Of a stretch of 64,000 nt of DNA, positions 8,762 through 19,498 are shown in pieces. Numbering within the stretch: the first letter of the stretch is position 1; each line of letters starts with the position of its first letter. Source of the DNA: an uncultured bacterium (GTDB lineage Bacteria > Edwardsbacteria > AC1 > EtOH8); assembly GCA_963780225.1 (NCBI GenBank), contig CAWAAX010000009.1, positions 32,001 to 96,000 of the forward strand, in the 5' to 3' direction. The notes below the pieces were generated by a model. It saw nothing but the letters and a program-made list of their open reading frames with translations, was not told where the DNA came from and ran no database searches. Both the position numbers and the translations under genes were made by a program.

Positions 8762-11263
8762 ATGAAAAAACTCCGGAGACATAGGCGGCGGTCCTTGGGG
8801 TACTGGCCGCTGTTTCTATTTTTGGCGGCCTTCAGCCTGACGGCCATTCCGGAACTGCTATGGGGCCAGACACCAGCGCCGCTGGCGGCAACAGGGGCCG
8901 TTGACTCGCTGGCTGCCGGTCCGGGCGCATCAGAAGTTCCTGCCTTGCCGGATTCTGTAAAACCCAAAAAAGACACCACCGCCAAAGATATTTCCAACGA
9001 ATTGGATCTGATCAATGACGACACCACCAGGACCGCCATCCGCTACCAGGCCGACCTGATAGACTACCGGCTGGACCTGAGCCTGATCAGCCTGACCGGA
9101 AAGGCTGAAGTGCGATACAAGGAAATAAAAGTGACCGGGGACAGCATCAGCTTAGACACCAAGAACCAGATGCTGACCGTGGACCAAAATCCGGTGCTTT
9201 ACGATGGCAACGAGGCCATCAAGGGCGACCGGATGGTCTACGATTTTAAGACCCGGCTGGGTTGGATATACAACGGCACCACCGATTTCAATAAGGGGCG
9301 GTACTGGGGAAAGCGGATCCGCCAGGTGGATGACAGGGTGCTTAACATCGACTATGGCCGCTATACCACCTGCGACTGTGCCACCCCGCATTTTTACTTC
9401 TGGTCAAGGCAGATGAAGATCTACCTTAACGACAAGATAGTGGCCCAGCCGGTGCTTCTGTGCTTTAAGGGCATCCCGGTGCTGGCCATACCGTTCTGGT
9501 TCTTTCCCATGCGCAAGGAGCGGCATTCCGGCTTTTTGATGCCCCGGTTCGGCAGCAATAATTATGAAGGAGCCTTCGTCAAGAACCTGGCCTATTACCA
9601 GGTGTTCAACGGCCAGTCCGACGCCACCGCTTCGGCCGATTTTCTGGAAAACATCGGCTGGCGAGGCAATTTTGAGGCCCGCTACATGATGCCCCCCCGG
9701 TTCTCCTCTACTCTGAACTTCTCCTACCAGAACGACCAAAACACCGGCTACCAGCGCTGGAGCCTAAACGGGATATACAGCCAGATACTGGGGAAAAGGA
9801 CCTATCTAAACGGCAACGCCAATTTCATCAGCGACCGCAATTATTACACCGATTTTTCCGACAACCGCACCGTGCGAATGGACCGCAATCTCCATTCTTA
9901 TCTGGCGGTCAACACTCCTTTGTCCACCATTGCCAGCCTGACCGGGGCGGTGGATCATTACAACAATCTTGAGACCAATATCAAAAGCAGCCAACTGCCC
10001 AATGTGACTATCAGCCTTTATGGCAAAGATATAATCAAAGGGTTGCTGAGATTCTCAGGCAGCTCCCATTTTCTGGCCACGGACAAGCGGGATACGCTTA
10101 CGGTTGAAAAACACCAGGGCTGGCAAAATGACATCAATCTGGGGGCTTCTTTCAATGTCATTCGCTGGATCAGTCTAAGTCCCAACGTAAGATTATCAGG
10201 GACCTGGTACGACCGCGATACCAGCCAGACCCGCAATGTCCTGCGTTGGCTCTACAGCGGTGGAATGGGAGCCAGCACCACTTTCTATGGGTTGCTGGAT
10301 TTCGGAGACCGCAAACTTAAGGCCCTGCGTCATGTGGTAAAACCCCAGGTCTCATTCTCCTATTCCCCCAAGATCGATCAGGGCAGATTCTACAGTTTTT
10401 TGGGAGGGGGACAAGGCGAGAGTAAATCTATGAGCCTTTCCTTAAGTCAGCAGTTCCAAGCCAAATACAAAAAAGATACCACGGAACAAAAAATAGACCT
10501 GCTGATGATCTCCTCCGGAACCAGCTATAATTTTCTGGCGACAGGTCAAAAATGGGGAGGCCTGAGCAGCTATCTTCAGGTTTTGCCTAATGTCAGTCCT
10601 TTGGATTGCCAGTTCTCCTGGGAATATAATTTTTACCAAAAGAGAAACCAATGGGCCCGGCTGGATATGAGCTACGGCCTTTCCGGCAAGTGGCTGGGCT
10701 GGCTGGAGCCCAAGGACTCGGTTAAAGTCCTGATCCCGGTTTCCGATTCATCTGCCACCAGTGTTCAGGTAGACAGTCTGGGCTTAGCGGCCGCAGTTTC
10801 AGGAATTCAAAACGATAGTTTGTCTCTGGTAGCCGCCCCGCCAGCCGATTCCCTACCTGCCGACAGTTTGTCATTGCAAGCCGGGGATAGTCTGGGGGTT
10901 AAACCGGATACCGCCGCCGTCCCGGCTCCAAAGCCGGCCAAGGGCCTGCCCTGGTCCATCAGCTTGGGATTTGGTCAGAACTGGCAAAAAAACATGGGAG
11001 TGACCGGTTCCGACTTGAATGGTTCGGTAAATTTCAGCCTGACAAAGAATTGGAACGTCAGTTACCACCGTTACTATAACATCAAGACCGGGGAGATGAT
11101 TTCCCAGGATTACTCCCTTTACCGGGATCTACACTGCTGGGAAGCCAGGTTCTCCAGCAGTAAAAGCCGGGACAACTGGTCCTACGCTTTCATCATCCGA
11201 CTGAAGGCCATACCCGAGGTCAAGGTGGAGACGAAGTCGGGCCGGGTTGTGGGGTATCAATAA
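8762..11263 (+). CDS. lptD: LPS assembly outer-membrane protein LptD
   Basis: OstA-like N-domain, YTTCD...PHF, RHSGFLMP, C-terminal RDLHCWE. Confidence 0.85.
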   Translation: MKKLRRHRRRSLGYWPLFLFLAAFSLTAIPELLWGQTPAPLAATGAVDSLAAGPGASEVPALPDSVKPKKDTTAKDISNELDLINDDTTRTAIRYQADLIDYRLDLSLISLTGKAEVRYKEIKVTGDSISLDTKNQMLTVDQNPVLYDGNEAIKGDRMVYDFKTRLGWIYNGTTDFNKGRYWGKRIRQVDDRVLNIDYGRYTTCDCATPHFYFWSRQMKIYLNDKIVAQPVLLCFKGIPVLAIPFWFFPMRKERHSGFLMPRFGSNNYEGAFVKNLAYYQVFNGQSDATASADFLENIGWRGNFEARYMMPPRFSSTLNFSYQNDQNTGYQRWSLNGIYSQILGKRTYLNGNANFISDRNYYTDFSDNRTVRMDRNLHSYLAVNTPLSTIASLTGAVDHYNNLETNIKSSQLPNVTISLYGKDIIKGLLRFSGSSHFLATDKRDTLTVEKHQGWQNDINLGASFNVIRWISLSPNVRLSGTWYDRDTSQTRNVLRWLYSGGMGASTTFYGLLDFGDRKLKALRHVVKPQVSFSYSPKIDQGRFYSFLGGGQGESKSMSLSLSQQFQAKYKKDTTEQKIDLLMISSGTSYNFLATGQKWGGLSSYLQVLPNVSPLDCQFSWEYNFYQKRNQWARLDMSYGLSGKWLGWLEPKDSVKVLIPVSDSSATSVQVDSLGLAAAVSGIQNDSLSLVAAPPADSLPADSLSLQAGDSLGVKPDTAAVPAPKPAKGLPWSISLGFGQNWQKNMGVTGSDLNGSVNFSLTKNWNVSYHRYYNIKTGEMISQDYSLYRDLHCWEARFSSSKSRDNWSYAFIIRLKAIPEVKVETKSGRVVGYQ

Positions 11264-11367
11264 AAAGCGCAGATTTAGCTTGACATACGTTATATTTTTA
11301 TGTTATCTTTATACTGGACTTTAGGCCGATTTCGGTTTCAGCAATTTTTCCATTAAAAAAAACATCT

Positions 11368-12291
11368 ATGGCCATCAAGGACAAAACATATTTAACCCTG
11401 ATAATCGTACCGCATCAGAGCGGAAAGACCGTTACCTTAAGGCTGCCAACTTGGCTGGCCAAAACCCTGACGGTTTTAGCCGTGTTCATTCTGATGGGAT
11501 TGGCCATGGTTACCACCGGCTATGTCAACAAGGTCGTGGACGTTTCCCTGTTGCAGACCCTGAAGTTTGAAAACAGAATATTAAGGGATAAGGTCTCGGA
11601 GTTCGGAACCACCCTGGCCGGACTGCAGGGACAGATCAATGATTTCGTCAGCTTCGATTCCAAGGTGCGGATGATGTCCGGTCTGCCAACCATCGACCCT
11701 GACGTGCGCCAGGTGGGGGTGGGCGGTTTTGCCCCGGCTCCATTGCCCGAGGGAATCACCTCCGGTACCGCCGCCAAACTGCAAGCAGTGCAGCAGGATT
11801 TAGACAAGCTTGACCGCGAGGCTCGTTTGCAACTGGAAAGCTTTGAAGCCATAGTCTCCGCCTTAAGCGAAAAGCAGGATATGTGGAACCACCTGCCGTC
11901 CATTCAGCCCACGCCGGGATGGATCATCAGCAACTTCGGGGTGCGGCGCGATCCGCTGGTGGGAGATCTGCGGATGCACGAAGGAATAGACATCGCCAGT
12001 CCTGACGGGACCATCATTGCTGCCCCGGCCGCCGGGTCGGTCAGGTTCGTGGGTTACCGCAATAATTACGGCCTTTGTCTGGAGCTGGGCCACGGATACG
12101 GGATCACCACCAGGTATGCCCATTGTTCCATGGTAAAAGTATCAGTGGGTCAGAATGTGAGCCGGGGCCAGGTAGTGGCCTTGGTGGGCCAGACCGGCCG
12201 GGTGACCGGGCCTCATCTGCATTACGAGGTAATGGTGAACGGACAGCCCAAAGATCCCACCAGCTATATCCTGGCCGCCCGGATGTTTTAA
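11368..12291 (+). CDS. M23 family metallopeptidase (membrane anchor and coiled coil)
   Basis: HEGIDI, YAHCS, TGPHLHYEV. Confidence 0.9.
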   Translation: MAIKDKTYLTLIIVPHQSGKTVTLRLPTWLAKTLTVLAVFILMGLAMVTTGYVNKVVDVSLLQTLKFENRILRDKVSEFGTTLAGLQGQINDFVSFDSKVRMMSGLPTIDPDVRQVGVGGFAPAPLPEGITSGTAAKLQAVQQDLDKLDREARLQLESFEAIVSALSEKQDMWNHLPSIQPTPGWIISNFGVRRDPLVGDLRMHEGIDIASPDGTIIAAPAAGSVRFVGYRNNYGLCLELGHGYGITTRYAHCSMVKVSVGQNVSRGQVVALVGQTGRVTGPHLHYEVMVNGQPKDPTSYILAARMF

Positions 12292-12415
12292 TCCTGTTTA
12301 TCCCAGGTATTTTTTCCCAGTTCATTTTATGGTATAATGGACTGGGTTTTTTATTGACCAAATACCCTGCCACTGAGACACAGAGGCACAGAGAATATTT
12401 CATACAAGGGGTTTA

Positions 12416-13444
12416 ATGAATAAAGCACCTCTTTCATTTTGTCTATTATTTTGCAGTCTAATTTCGGCCGGGAGAGTCCTGGCTGATTCGACAACGTTCT
12501 CCATCCTGGCGGTAGGCGATGTGATGACCGGCGGGAGCATGGCCCCCTGGGTGAACGACAGCGGGCCGGATTATCCTTTCGCCAACACCGGCTCCCTGAT
12601 CCGCCAGGCCGACATCGCCGTCTGCAATCTGGAGGCGCCTTACGGCACCAAGGGAAAAGCTTTCGACAAGAAGTTCACCTTCCTGGTCCCGCCCCGGCTG
12701 GCCGCCGGCATAAAGGAAGCCGGTTTTGACGTGGTGGCCATGGCCAACAACCATATGATGGACTATGGCCCGGAGCCGCTTAAAGCCACCCTGGTCCTGT
12801 TGGATTCATTAGGCATAGCCCACAGCGGGGCGGGGATGACCCTGGCCGAGGCCAGGAAGCCTGCCATTGTGGAAAGAAACGGGATCAAAGTGGCTTTTCT
12901 CTCCTATTCCCGGGTGCATCCCACCCAGTTCTGGGCCACGGCCAAGAAGGCCGGAACCGCCCCGGCTTACGAAAACCAGATAAAAGAGGATATCCAAAGA
13001 TCCAAAGAACTGGCGGACATCGTGGTCGTTTCCTTTCACTGGGGGGCCGAGCTGATGGACACCACCAAGCTTTATCAAAGGACCCTGGCCCATTTCTGCA
13101 TTGACCAGGGGGCGGACCTGGTGCTGGGGCACCATCCCCACATCCTGCAGGGGATGGAGCTTTACCAGGGCAAACTGATCGCCTACAGCCTGGGGAATTT
13201 CGCCTTTGGTTCCCGCAGCCGGAAATGCACCGAGAGCGTGATCCTTAAAACAGAGTTTGATTCCACTGGGTTAAAACGGATCGAACTGGTGCCGCTGTGC
13301 GTGGACAACAACCGGGTGTTCTTTAGGCCCACACCTTTATCCGGCCCGGAAGGGTTGGCCGTGCTGTCAAACCTGGCCCGGCTTTCAAGGGACCTGGGGT
13401 TTGAGTTTGTGCCCAGCGACAGCACGGCGGTGGTGGAGTTCTGA
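12416..13444 (+). CDS. CapA/PGA_cap family metallophosphoesterase-fold protein
   Basis: AVGDVM, NLEAP, ANNHMMDYG, SFHWGAE, GHHPHILQG, YSLGNF. Confidence 0.88.
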   Translation: MNKAPLSFCLLFCSLISAGRVLADSTTFSILAVGDVMTGGSMAPWVNDSGPDYPFANTGSLIRQADIAVCNLEAPYGTKGKAFDKKFTFLVPPRLAAGIKEAGFDVVAMANNHMMDYGPEPLKATLVLLDSLGIAHSGAGMTLAEARKPAIVERNGIKVAFLSYSRVHPTQFWATAKKAGTAPAYENQIKEDIQRSKELADIVVVSFHWGAELMDTTKLYQRTLAHFCIDQGADLVLGHHPHILQGMELYQGKLIAYSLGNFAFGSRSRKCTESVILKTEFDSTGLKRIELVPLCVDNNRVFFRPTPLSGPEGLAVLSNLARLSRDLGFEFVPSDSTAVVEF

Positions 13445-13544
13445 CATCTTTTATCCTTGATTTTGGGGCTGTTTGATGCTAAAATGAAAATCCAATATCT
13501 GAAAAAACCAAAATAATCATATAAACCACACGAGGTCAAACCAA

Positions 13545-13928
13545 ATGAAGTATCTCAAGACCAGCCCGGCCAAATGCAAGGGGGTGCGGGCCTGCGAGAA
13601 GATATGCTCCAAGACCTTCTTCAAGGCGGAGGATCCCTCCAAGTCGGCCATCCAGGTCGCCGAAAAGGACGGGAAGTTCGAGATCAACGTCTGCAACCAG
13701 TGCGGCGAGTGCATCCCGATATGCCCGGTCAAGGCCCTTTCCCGGAACAAGCAGGGGGTGGTAATGTTGGACAAGAAACTTTGCGTGGGCTGCCTGATGT
13801 GCGTGGGCTACTGTCCCACCCTTTCCATGCGAACCCACCCCGAGCTGAGGGAGCCATTCAAGTGCGTGGCCTGCGGGGCCTGCGTCAAGGCCTGCCCCGA
13901 GAAAGCCCTGGAGATCGCGGAACGGTAA
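13545..13928 (+). CDS. 4Fe-4S dicluster ferredoxin subunit (AOR partner)
   Basis: Several CxxCxxCxxxCP motifs; directly upstream of aor. Confidence 0.88.
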   Translation: MKYLKTSPAKCKGVRACEKICSKTFFKAEDPSKSAIQVAEKDGKFEINVCNQCGECIPICPVKALSRNKQGVVMLDKKLCVGCLMCVGYCPTLSMRTHPELREPFKCVACGACVKACPEKALEIAER

Positions 13929-13938
13929 TCTTATAACA

Positions 13939-14000
13939 GTAAGGGCACGATGCATCGTGCCCCAACCGATAGTAAGGGCGGGTTTAAAACCCGCCCCAAC
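13939..14000. repeat. Two tandem GTAG-family-like REP hairpins
   Basis: gtaagggcacgatgcatcgtgccccaac and gtaagggcgggtttaaaacccgccccaac. Confidence 0.75.
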
Positions 14001-14012
14001 CAGGAGAATAAA

Positions 14013-16215
14013 ATGGACGAGAACAAGGTCTTTGAATATACCAAATACACTCAGGACATCGAAAAGATGAAGGCGGCCCATAAAGTGCTGGCCGAATATG
14101 CCTTCACCCCCAGCCTGCCCCAAAAGGGCTACAACAACCGCTCCCTGCATGTCGATCTGAGCACTTTCAAGATCACCGAGAAGAAGATCGGCGAGGACAT
14201 GAAGCAGACCTTTACCGGCGGGAGGGGCTTCGGCCTGAAATACCTGTGGGATGCCATCAAGCCCACCACCAAGTGGAACGACCCGGAGAACGACATCATC
14301 ATCTCCCCCGGCCCCATCTGCGGCATCACTCAGTACCCGGGGGCCGGCAAGTCGCTGGTGGTCACCCTGTCGCCCATCACCAACATCCCCATCGACTCCA
14401 ACGTCGGCGCCTACCTGGGGCCGCTGCTGAAGTTCTCGGGCTTCGACGCCCTGGAGATCCAGGGCAAGGCCCAGGAGGACGTGATAGTGGTGCTGGACGG
14501 GGTCAAGGGCAGGGTCACCATCGAACTGGCGCCGCTGGAGTCGGTCAACTCGCACATCGCGGCCGAGCAGTTCACCCACGAATACGCCACGGATGAGGCC
14601 GACCTGCGCAATGTGTCGGTGGCCTCGGCCGGGCAGGCCGCCGAACACTCGCTGATCGGCTGCCTCAACTTCTGCTACTACGACGTGCGGCGCAAGGTGA
14701 CCCGGCTGAAGCAGGCCGGGCGGGGCGGCATCGGCACGGTGTTCCGGGACAAGAAGATCAAGGCCCTGATCGTCCACGGACCGCAGGTGAAGGGCGACAT
14801 GAACCATCCGGCCGACCTGGGCCGGATCCAGCGGGCCGGGGTCCGCCTGCACAAGGAGATGCACGACTTCGACGACAAGATGTGCGGGATGCGCAAGGTG
14901 GGCACCACCAACATCGTGGGGGTGATGAACTCCTACGACCTGCTTCCGGTGATGAACTTCCAGTACGGCAGCCATGTGGACGCCCCCAAGATAGACAAGA
15001 CCACCTGGATCAAGCAGTTCACCCAGGGCATCCCGGACGGCTGCTGGTACGGCTGTTCCATGGCCTGCGCCCACGGGGTGGACGAGTTCGCCCTGCGCAC
15101 CGGCCCCTATAAGGGTCATAAAGTAGTGGTGGACGGGCCGGAATACGAGACCGCGGCCGGCTGCGGCTCCAACTGCGGGATCTTCGATCCGTTATGGGTC
15201 ATTGAATGCAACTTCTACTGCGACACCTACGGCATAGACACCATCAGCTTCGGCACCATCACCGGCTTCGTGATGGAATGCTGGCAGCGGGCCATCCTCA
15301 ATGCCGAACGGACCGGGGGGCTTGACCTTTCTTGGGGCAACGGGGAATCCCAGATGGAGATGATGCACCAGATGGCCCGGGGCGAGGGTTTTGGCCTGAT
15401 TGCCGGGCAGGGCGTCCAGCGTATGAAGCGGATCTTCGCCGACAAGGGCTGGGGGGACTTCGCCTTTCTTACGGACATCGGCCTGGAGGGCAAGGGGCTG
15501 GAGCAGTCGGAGTACATGTCAAAGGAGTCACTGGCCCAGCAGGGCGGCTACTACCTCACCAACAAGGGCCCCCAGCACGACGAGGCCTGGGTGATCTTCA
15601 TGGACATGGTCAACAACCAGATCCCCACCTTTGAGGACAAGGCCGAGGCCCTTGTACTATTTCCCGATGTTCCGCACCTGGTTCGGGTTGAACGGCCTGT
15701 GCAAGCTGCCCTGGAACGACATCGAGCCCGGGGACAACCGCACCAAGAACGCCCCCATGGACGCTGCCAAGGTTCCGGAGCACGTCCAGAACTACGTGGA
15801 CCTTTTCTCCGGGGTCACCGGCCGGGAGATCACCAAGGAGGAGATCATCAAGATGTCGGAGCGGGTCTACCAGTTCCAGCGGGTCTTCGACCTGAGAATG
15901 GGGAAGGGGGTCAGAAAATACGACCAGCCGCCCTACCGGGCCATGGGTCCGGTCACCAAAGAGGAGTACGAATCCCGTCAGGAACGCTACGACAAGCAGC
16001 TGAAGGACTGGATGCAGATAGACCCGGCCGGAAAGTCCACCGAAGAGAAGATGGCCCTGCACCGCAAGTACCGGGAGGACCGCTACCAGAAGCTGGTGGA
16101 GGCGGTCTACAAGCGCCGGGGCTGGACCGCCGACGGCGTCCCCACCCTGGAAACGCTGAAGCGCAATGGGATTGATTTCCCCGATGTGGTGGAAGTGGTG
16201 GCCAAGCACCAGTAG
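14013..16215 (+). CDS. Tungsten-dependent aldehyde:ferredoxin oxidoreductase family protein (one extra base near 15652)
   Basis: GGRGFG, AGRGGIGTVFRDKKIKA, CWYGCSMAC, GPEYET, CDTYGIDTIS; C-terminus (CKLPW, YKRRGW...GVPT) is in the +1 frame; GGAG RBS before 14013. Confidence 0.88.
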
Positions 16216-16217
16216 GC

Positions 16218-16351
16218 TAAAACTTAAAATACTAAATCCTAAACTCTAATTACTAAACAATACCAAATGCTTAATTCTATAAACTGTTTTGGGTTTTGAG
16301 AATTCATGATTTGAATTTGTTTAGGTTTTAGTTATTCGTATTTAGAAATTA
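16218..16351. repeat. Heptamer-period AT-rich palindromic element (ctaaacaa...ttgtttag family)
   Basis: atcctaa actctaa ttactaa acaa ... ttgt ttaggtt ttagtta ttcgtat ttagaaa. Confidence 0.8.
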
Positions 16352-16361
16352 GTCCAAAGTT

Positions 16362-16814
16362 ATGCGGTTAGTGATCCAGCGTGTTTCATCCGCCAGCGTC
16401 ACAGTTGATGGCGCCGTTATCGGGAAGATCGGGCGTGGCCTGTGCCTGCTCTGCGGGTTCACTCACGGGGACGACGATCGGATCGTGGAACAGATGGCTG
16501 CCAAGTGCCTAAATCTCCGCATCTTCGAGGACGGCGGGGGCAAGATGAACCTGTCGCTTTCGGACGTCAATGGCTCGGTGTTGGTTGTCTCCCAGTTCAC
16601 CCTCTACGCCGACTGCAAAAAAGGGCGGAGGCCGTCGTTCACCGATTCGGCCGAGCCGGTCAAAGCCGAAAAACTTTATGAAAAATTCGTGGAAATACTC
16701 AAAAGCTCAGGAGCAGAAGTACAGACAGGGAGTTTCGGGGCCAAAATGATGGTCGAGATACTGAACGACGGGCCGGTGACCATTGTGCTGGATTCAGACG
16801 GCCTGGGGCTGTAA
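16362..16814 (+). CDS. dtd: D-aminoacyl-tRNA deacylase
   Basis: MRLVIQRV, SQFTL, KGRRPSF, NDGPVT. Confidence 0.95.
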   Translation: MRLVIQRVSSASVTVDGAVIGKIGRGLCLLCGFTHGDDDRIVEQMAAKCLNLRIFEDGGGKMNLSLSDVNGSVLVVSQFTLYADCKKGRRPSFTDSAEPVKAEKLYEKFVEILKSSGAEVQTGSFGAKMMVEILNDGPVTIVLDSDGLGL

Positions 16815-16828
16815 GGTTTTCTTTACAG

Positions 16829-16858
16829 TTGACTTACGGGTCATAAATAGGGTATAAT
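16829..16858 (+). promoter_or_regulatory. sigma70-type promoter for rpsO-pnp
   Basis: TTGACT-18 nt-TATAAT. Confidence 0.6.
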
Positions 16859-16945
16859 TACAGGTCATTTAACTTTGCCCTGCCTGCCCCTCTTCGCAGG
16901 TTGCGGCGTATCAAAAACAACCCCATTTTAGGAGACGGAAAGACC

Positions 16946-17215
16946 ATGCCTTTGCAAAAGGAAAAGAAGCAGGAAGTCATCACAGTCCACAAGAAGCACG
17001 AGAGCGACACCGGATCCCCCGAGGTCCAGATCGCCCTGCTGACCGAGCGGATCAACCAGCTGACCGGGCACCTCAAGGTCAACAAGAAGGACCACGCCTC
17101 AAGGCGCGGGCTACTGATGATGGTGGGCCGCCGCCGCAGGCTTCTGGATTACCTCATCAAGCGCCATGCTGCCAGGTACCGGGCCATCGTGGAAAAATTA
17201 GACTTAAGGAAGTAA
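16946..17215 (+). CDS. rpsO: 30S ribosomal protein S15
   Basis: [42 protein letters not shown]. Confidence 0.97.
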   Translation: MPLQKEKKQEVITVHKKHESDTGSPEVQIALLTERINQLTGHLKVNKKDHASRRGLLMMVGRRRRLLDYLIKRHAARYRAIVEKLDLRK

Positions 17216-17396
17216 AATCCGCTTGCGCTTAATGATTGTCTTCTTCAAGCGCCATAGCTTCAGCGGAGGCACTTTGAGGGGCGATTTTACGGTTAAAATC
17301 GCCCCTTGTCATTAACCTAACCGGAACAATTCCTCCCGGAGAAAAAAGCCGGGAGAAGCCCAGACTCAAGGAGCCTGGGACAAAAAAGGAGGTTTT

Positions 17397-19475
17397 ATGG
17401 TTCATACCAAGGAACTGGAGATCGGCGGCCGGAAACTCATCATCGAGACCGGCAGGATCGCCAAACAGGCCCACGGCTCGGTGACGGTGCGCTACGGAGG
17501 GACCGTGGTGCTGGTGACCGCAGTGGGATCCGACTCGCCCCGGGAGGGAATTGACTTCTTCCCCTTGTCGGTGGAATACCGGGAACAGGCCTACGCCGCC
17601 GGGCGGATACCGGGCGGGTTCTTCAAGCGCGAGGGCAAGCCCCGGGACAAGGAGATACTTTCGGCCCGGCTGATCGACCGGCCCATCAGGCCGTTGTTCC
17701 CCGAAGGCTACCGGAACGAAGTGCAGATAGTCTGCCTGATCATATCGGCCGACCGGGAGAACGATGCCGACGTTTTGGGCCTGACCGGAGCCTCGGCCGC
17801 CCTGTCGCTGTCCGACATTCCCTTTAACGGGCCGATAGCCGCGGTGCGGGTGGGCAAGGTGGACAATCAGTACGTCATCAATCCCACCTTCCAGCAGCTG
17901 GAACAGAGCCGGCTGGACATCGTCATCTCCGGCAGCAAGGATTCCATCACCATGGTGGAAGCCGGGGCCCGCGAGGTTTCGGAAGCCGAGATCATCGAGG
18001 CCATAGAGTTCGGGCATAATTACATCAAGCAGATCATCGCCCTCCAGGAGGAACTGGTGGGACTGTGCGGAAAACCCAAACGCAAGCTGGAGATCGCCCC
18101 GGTCAACCAGGCCCTGCTGGAAAAGGTCAGGGGTTTGACCCTGGACAAGATCCAGGCGGCCAATGTCATTGCTCTCAAGGAAGAGCGGCAGGACGCCGTC
18201 AAGAAGATCTGCCAGGACGCCGCCGAGGCCCTGTTGACCGAATTCCCGGAAACGGGAAAGCAGATCAACGCCATGGTGGAGGAGATCCAGAGCCACGACC
18301 TGCGGGAGCGGATATTGAGCAAGGGCCAGCGGGCCGACGGACGGAGCCTGACCCAGATCCGGCCCATCACCGGGGAGGTCGGGTTTCTGCCCCGGACCCA
18401 CGGTTCGGCCATCTTCACCCGGGGCGAGACCCAGAGCCTGGTGGTGACCACCCTGGGCACCGCCTCCGACGAACAGCGGATAGAGGACCTGGAGGGGGAA
18501 TACTCCAAGAGCTACATGCTGCATTATAACTTCCCGCCCTTCTCAGTGGGAGAGGTCAAGCCCATCAGGGGTCCGGGCCGGCGGGAGATCGGGCACGGAG
18601 CCCTGGCCGAGCGGGCGGTGGCCCCGGTGATCCCATCGGAAGACCTTTTCCCCTACACGGTCCGGGTGGTCTCCGAGATCCTGGAATCAAACGGTTCGTC
18701 CTCCATGGCCTCGGTCTGCGGAGCCTCGCTCTCGCTGATGGATGCCGGGGTGCCCATCAAAGCGCCGGTGGCCGGAATCGCCATGGGCCTGGTGATGGAG
18801 CAGGGCCGGGTGGCCATCCTCTCCGACATCATGGGGCTGGAGGATCACTTGGGAGACATGGACTTTAAGGTGGCCGGCACCAAGGACGGCATCACCGCCC
18901 TGCAGCTGGACATCAAGGTGCAGGGATTGAACAAGGACATCCTGGAAAAGGCCCTGACCCAGGCCCACCAGGGGCGGATGCACATTTTGGGCGAGATGGA
19001 GAAGATCATCTCCGTTCCCAAGGCCGAGATCTCGGTCTATGCGCCCAGGATCCTGGCTTTGAACGTCCCGGTGGAAAAGATCGGAATGATAATCGGGCCC
19101 GGCGGCAAGATGATCCGGGCTTTGCAGGAGGAATTCTCGGTCAAGATCGACATCAGCGACGAAGGCAAGGTCACCATCGCTTCAGTCGATGTGGGCGGAG
19201 CCCAGGCCTGCTTCGAGAAGATCAAGGCCATGACGGTGGAAGCCGAGATGGGCCGGATCTACCAGGGGCGGGTGGTCAAGATCATGAACTTCGGGGCCTT
19301 TGTGGAATTCATGCCCGGCACCGAGGGGCTGGTCCACATCTCCGAGCTGGACAAGACCCGGGTCAACAAGGTGGAGGACATCGTCAAAGAGGGAGACTCC
19401 ATTACGGTCAAGCTGATCAAAGTGGACCCCGACACCGGAAAGTACAGCCTGTCACGTAAGCAGGCCATGGGTTAA
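17397..19475 (+). CDS. pnp: Polyribonucleotide nucleotidyltransferase
   Basis: AAGRIPGGFFKREG, RREIGHGALA, SNGSSSMAS, GDMDFKVAG, KH and S1 domains. Confidence 0.97.
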   Translation: MVHTKELEIGGRKLIIETGRIAKQAHGSVTVRYGGTVVLVTAVGSDSPREGIDFFPLSVEYREQAYAAGRIPGGFFKREGKPRDKEILSARLIDRPIRPLFPEGYRNEVQIVCLIISADRENDADVLGLTGASAALSLSDIPFNGPIAAVRVGKVDNQYVINPTFQQLEQSRLDIVISGSKDSITMVEAGAREVSEAEIIEAIEFGHNYIKQIIALQEELVGLCGKPKRKLEIAPVNQALLEKVRGLTLDKIQAANVIALKEERQDAVKKICQDAAEALLTEFPETGKQINAMVEEIQSHDLRERILSKGQRADGRSLTQIRPITGEVGFLPRTHGSAIFTRGETQSLVVTTLGTASDEQRIEDLEGEYSKSYMLHYNFPPFSVGEVKPIRGPGRREIGHGALAERAVAPVIPSEDLFPYTVRVVSEILESNGSSSMASVCGASLSLMDAGVPIKAPVAGIAMGLVMEQGRVAILSDIMGLEDHLGDMDFKVAGTKDGITALQLDIKVQGLNKDILEKALTQAHQGRMHILGEMEKIISVPKAEISVYAPRILALNVPVEKIGMIIGPGGKMIRALQEEFSVKIDISDEGKVTIASVDVGGAQACFEKIKAMTVEAEMGRIYQGRVVKIMNFGAFVEFMPGTEGLVHISELDKTRVNKVEDIVKEGDSITVKLIKVDPDTGKYSLSRKQAMG

Positions 19476-19498
19476 TGGTAATATAGTTTTTAAAGTTT

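Noticed and set aside
13536..15119. Long antisense ORFs (527 aa here; also 17229-18524, 4850-5956, 29920-31011, 50514-51455 and others)
   Set aside because: Shadows of GC-rich coding genes on the opposite strand, with no recognisable motifs.
4460..15665. Programmed frameshifting in ileS and aor
   Set aside because: No slippery heptamer or shift-prone stop context; single extra bases in a sequence with other evident indel noise.
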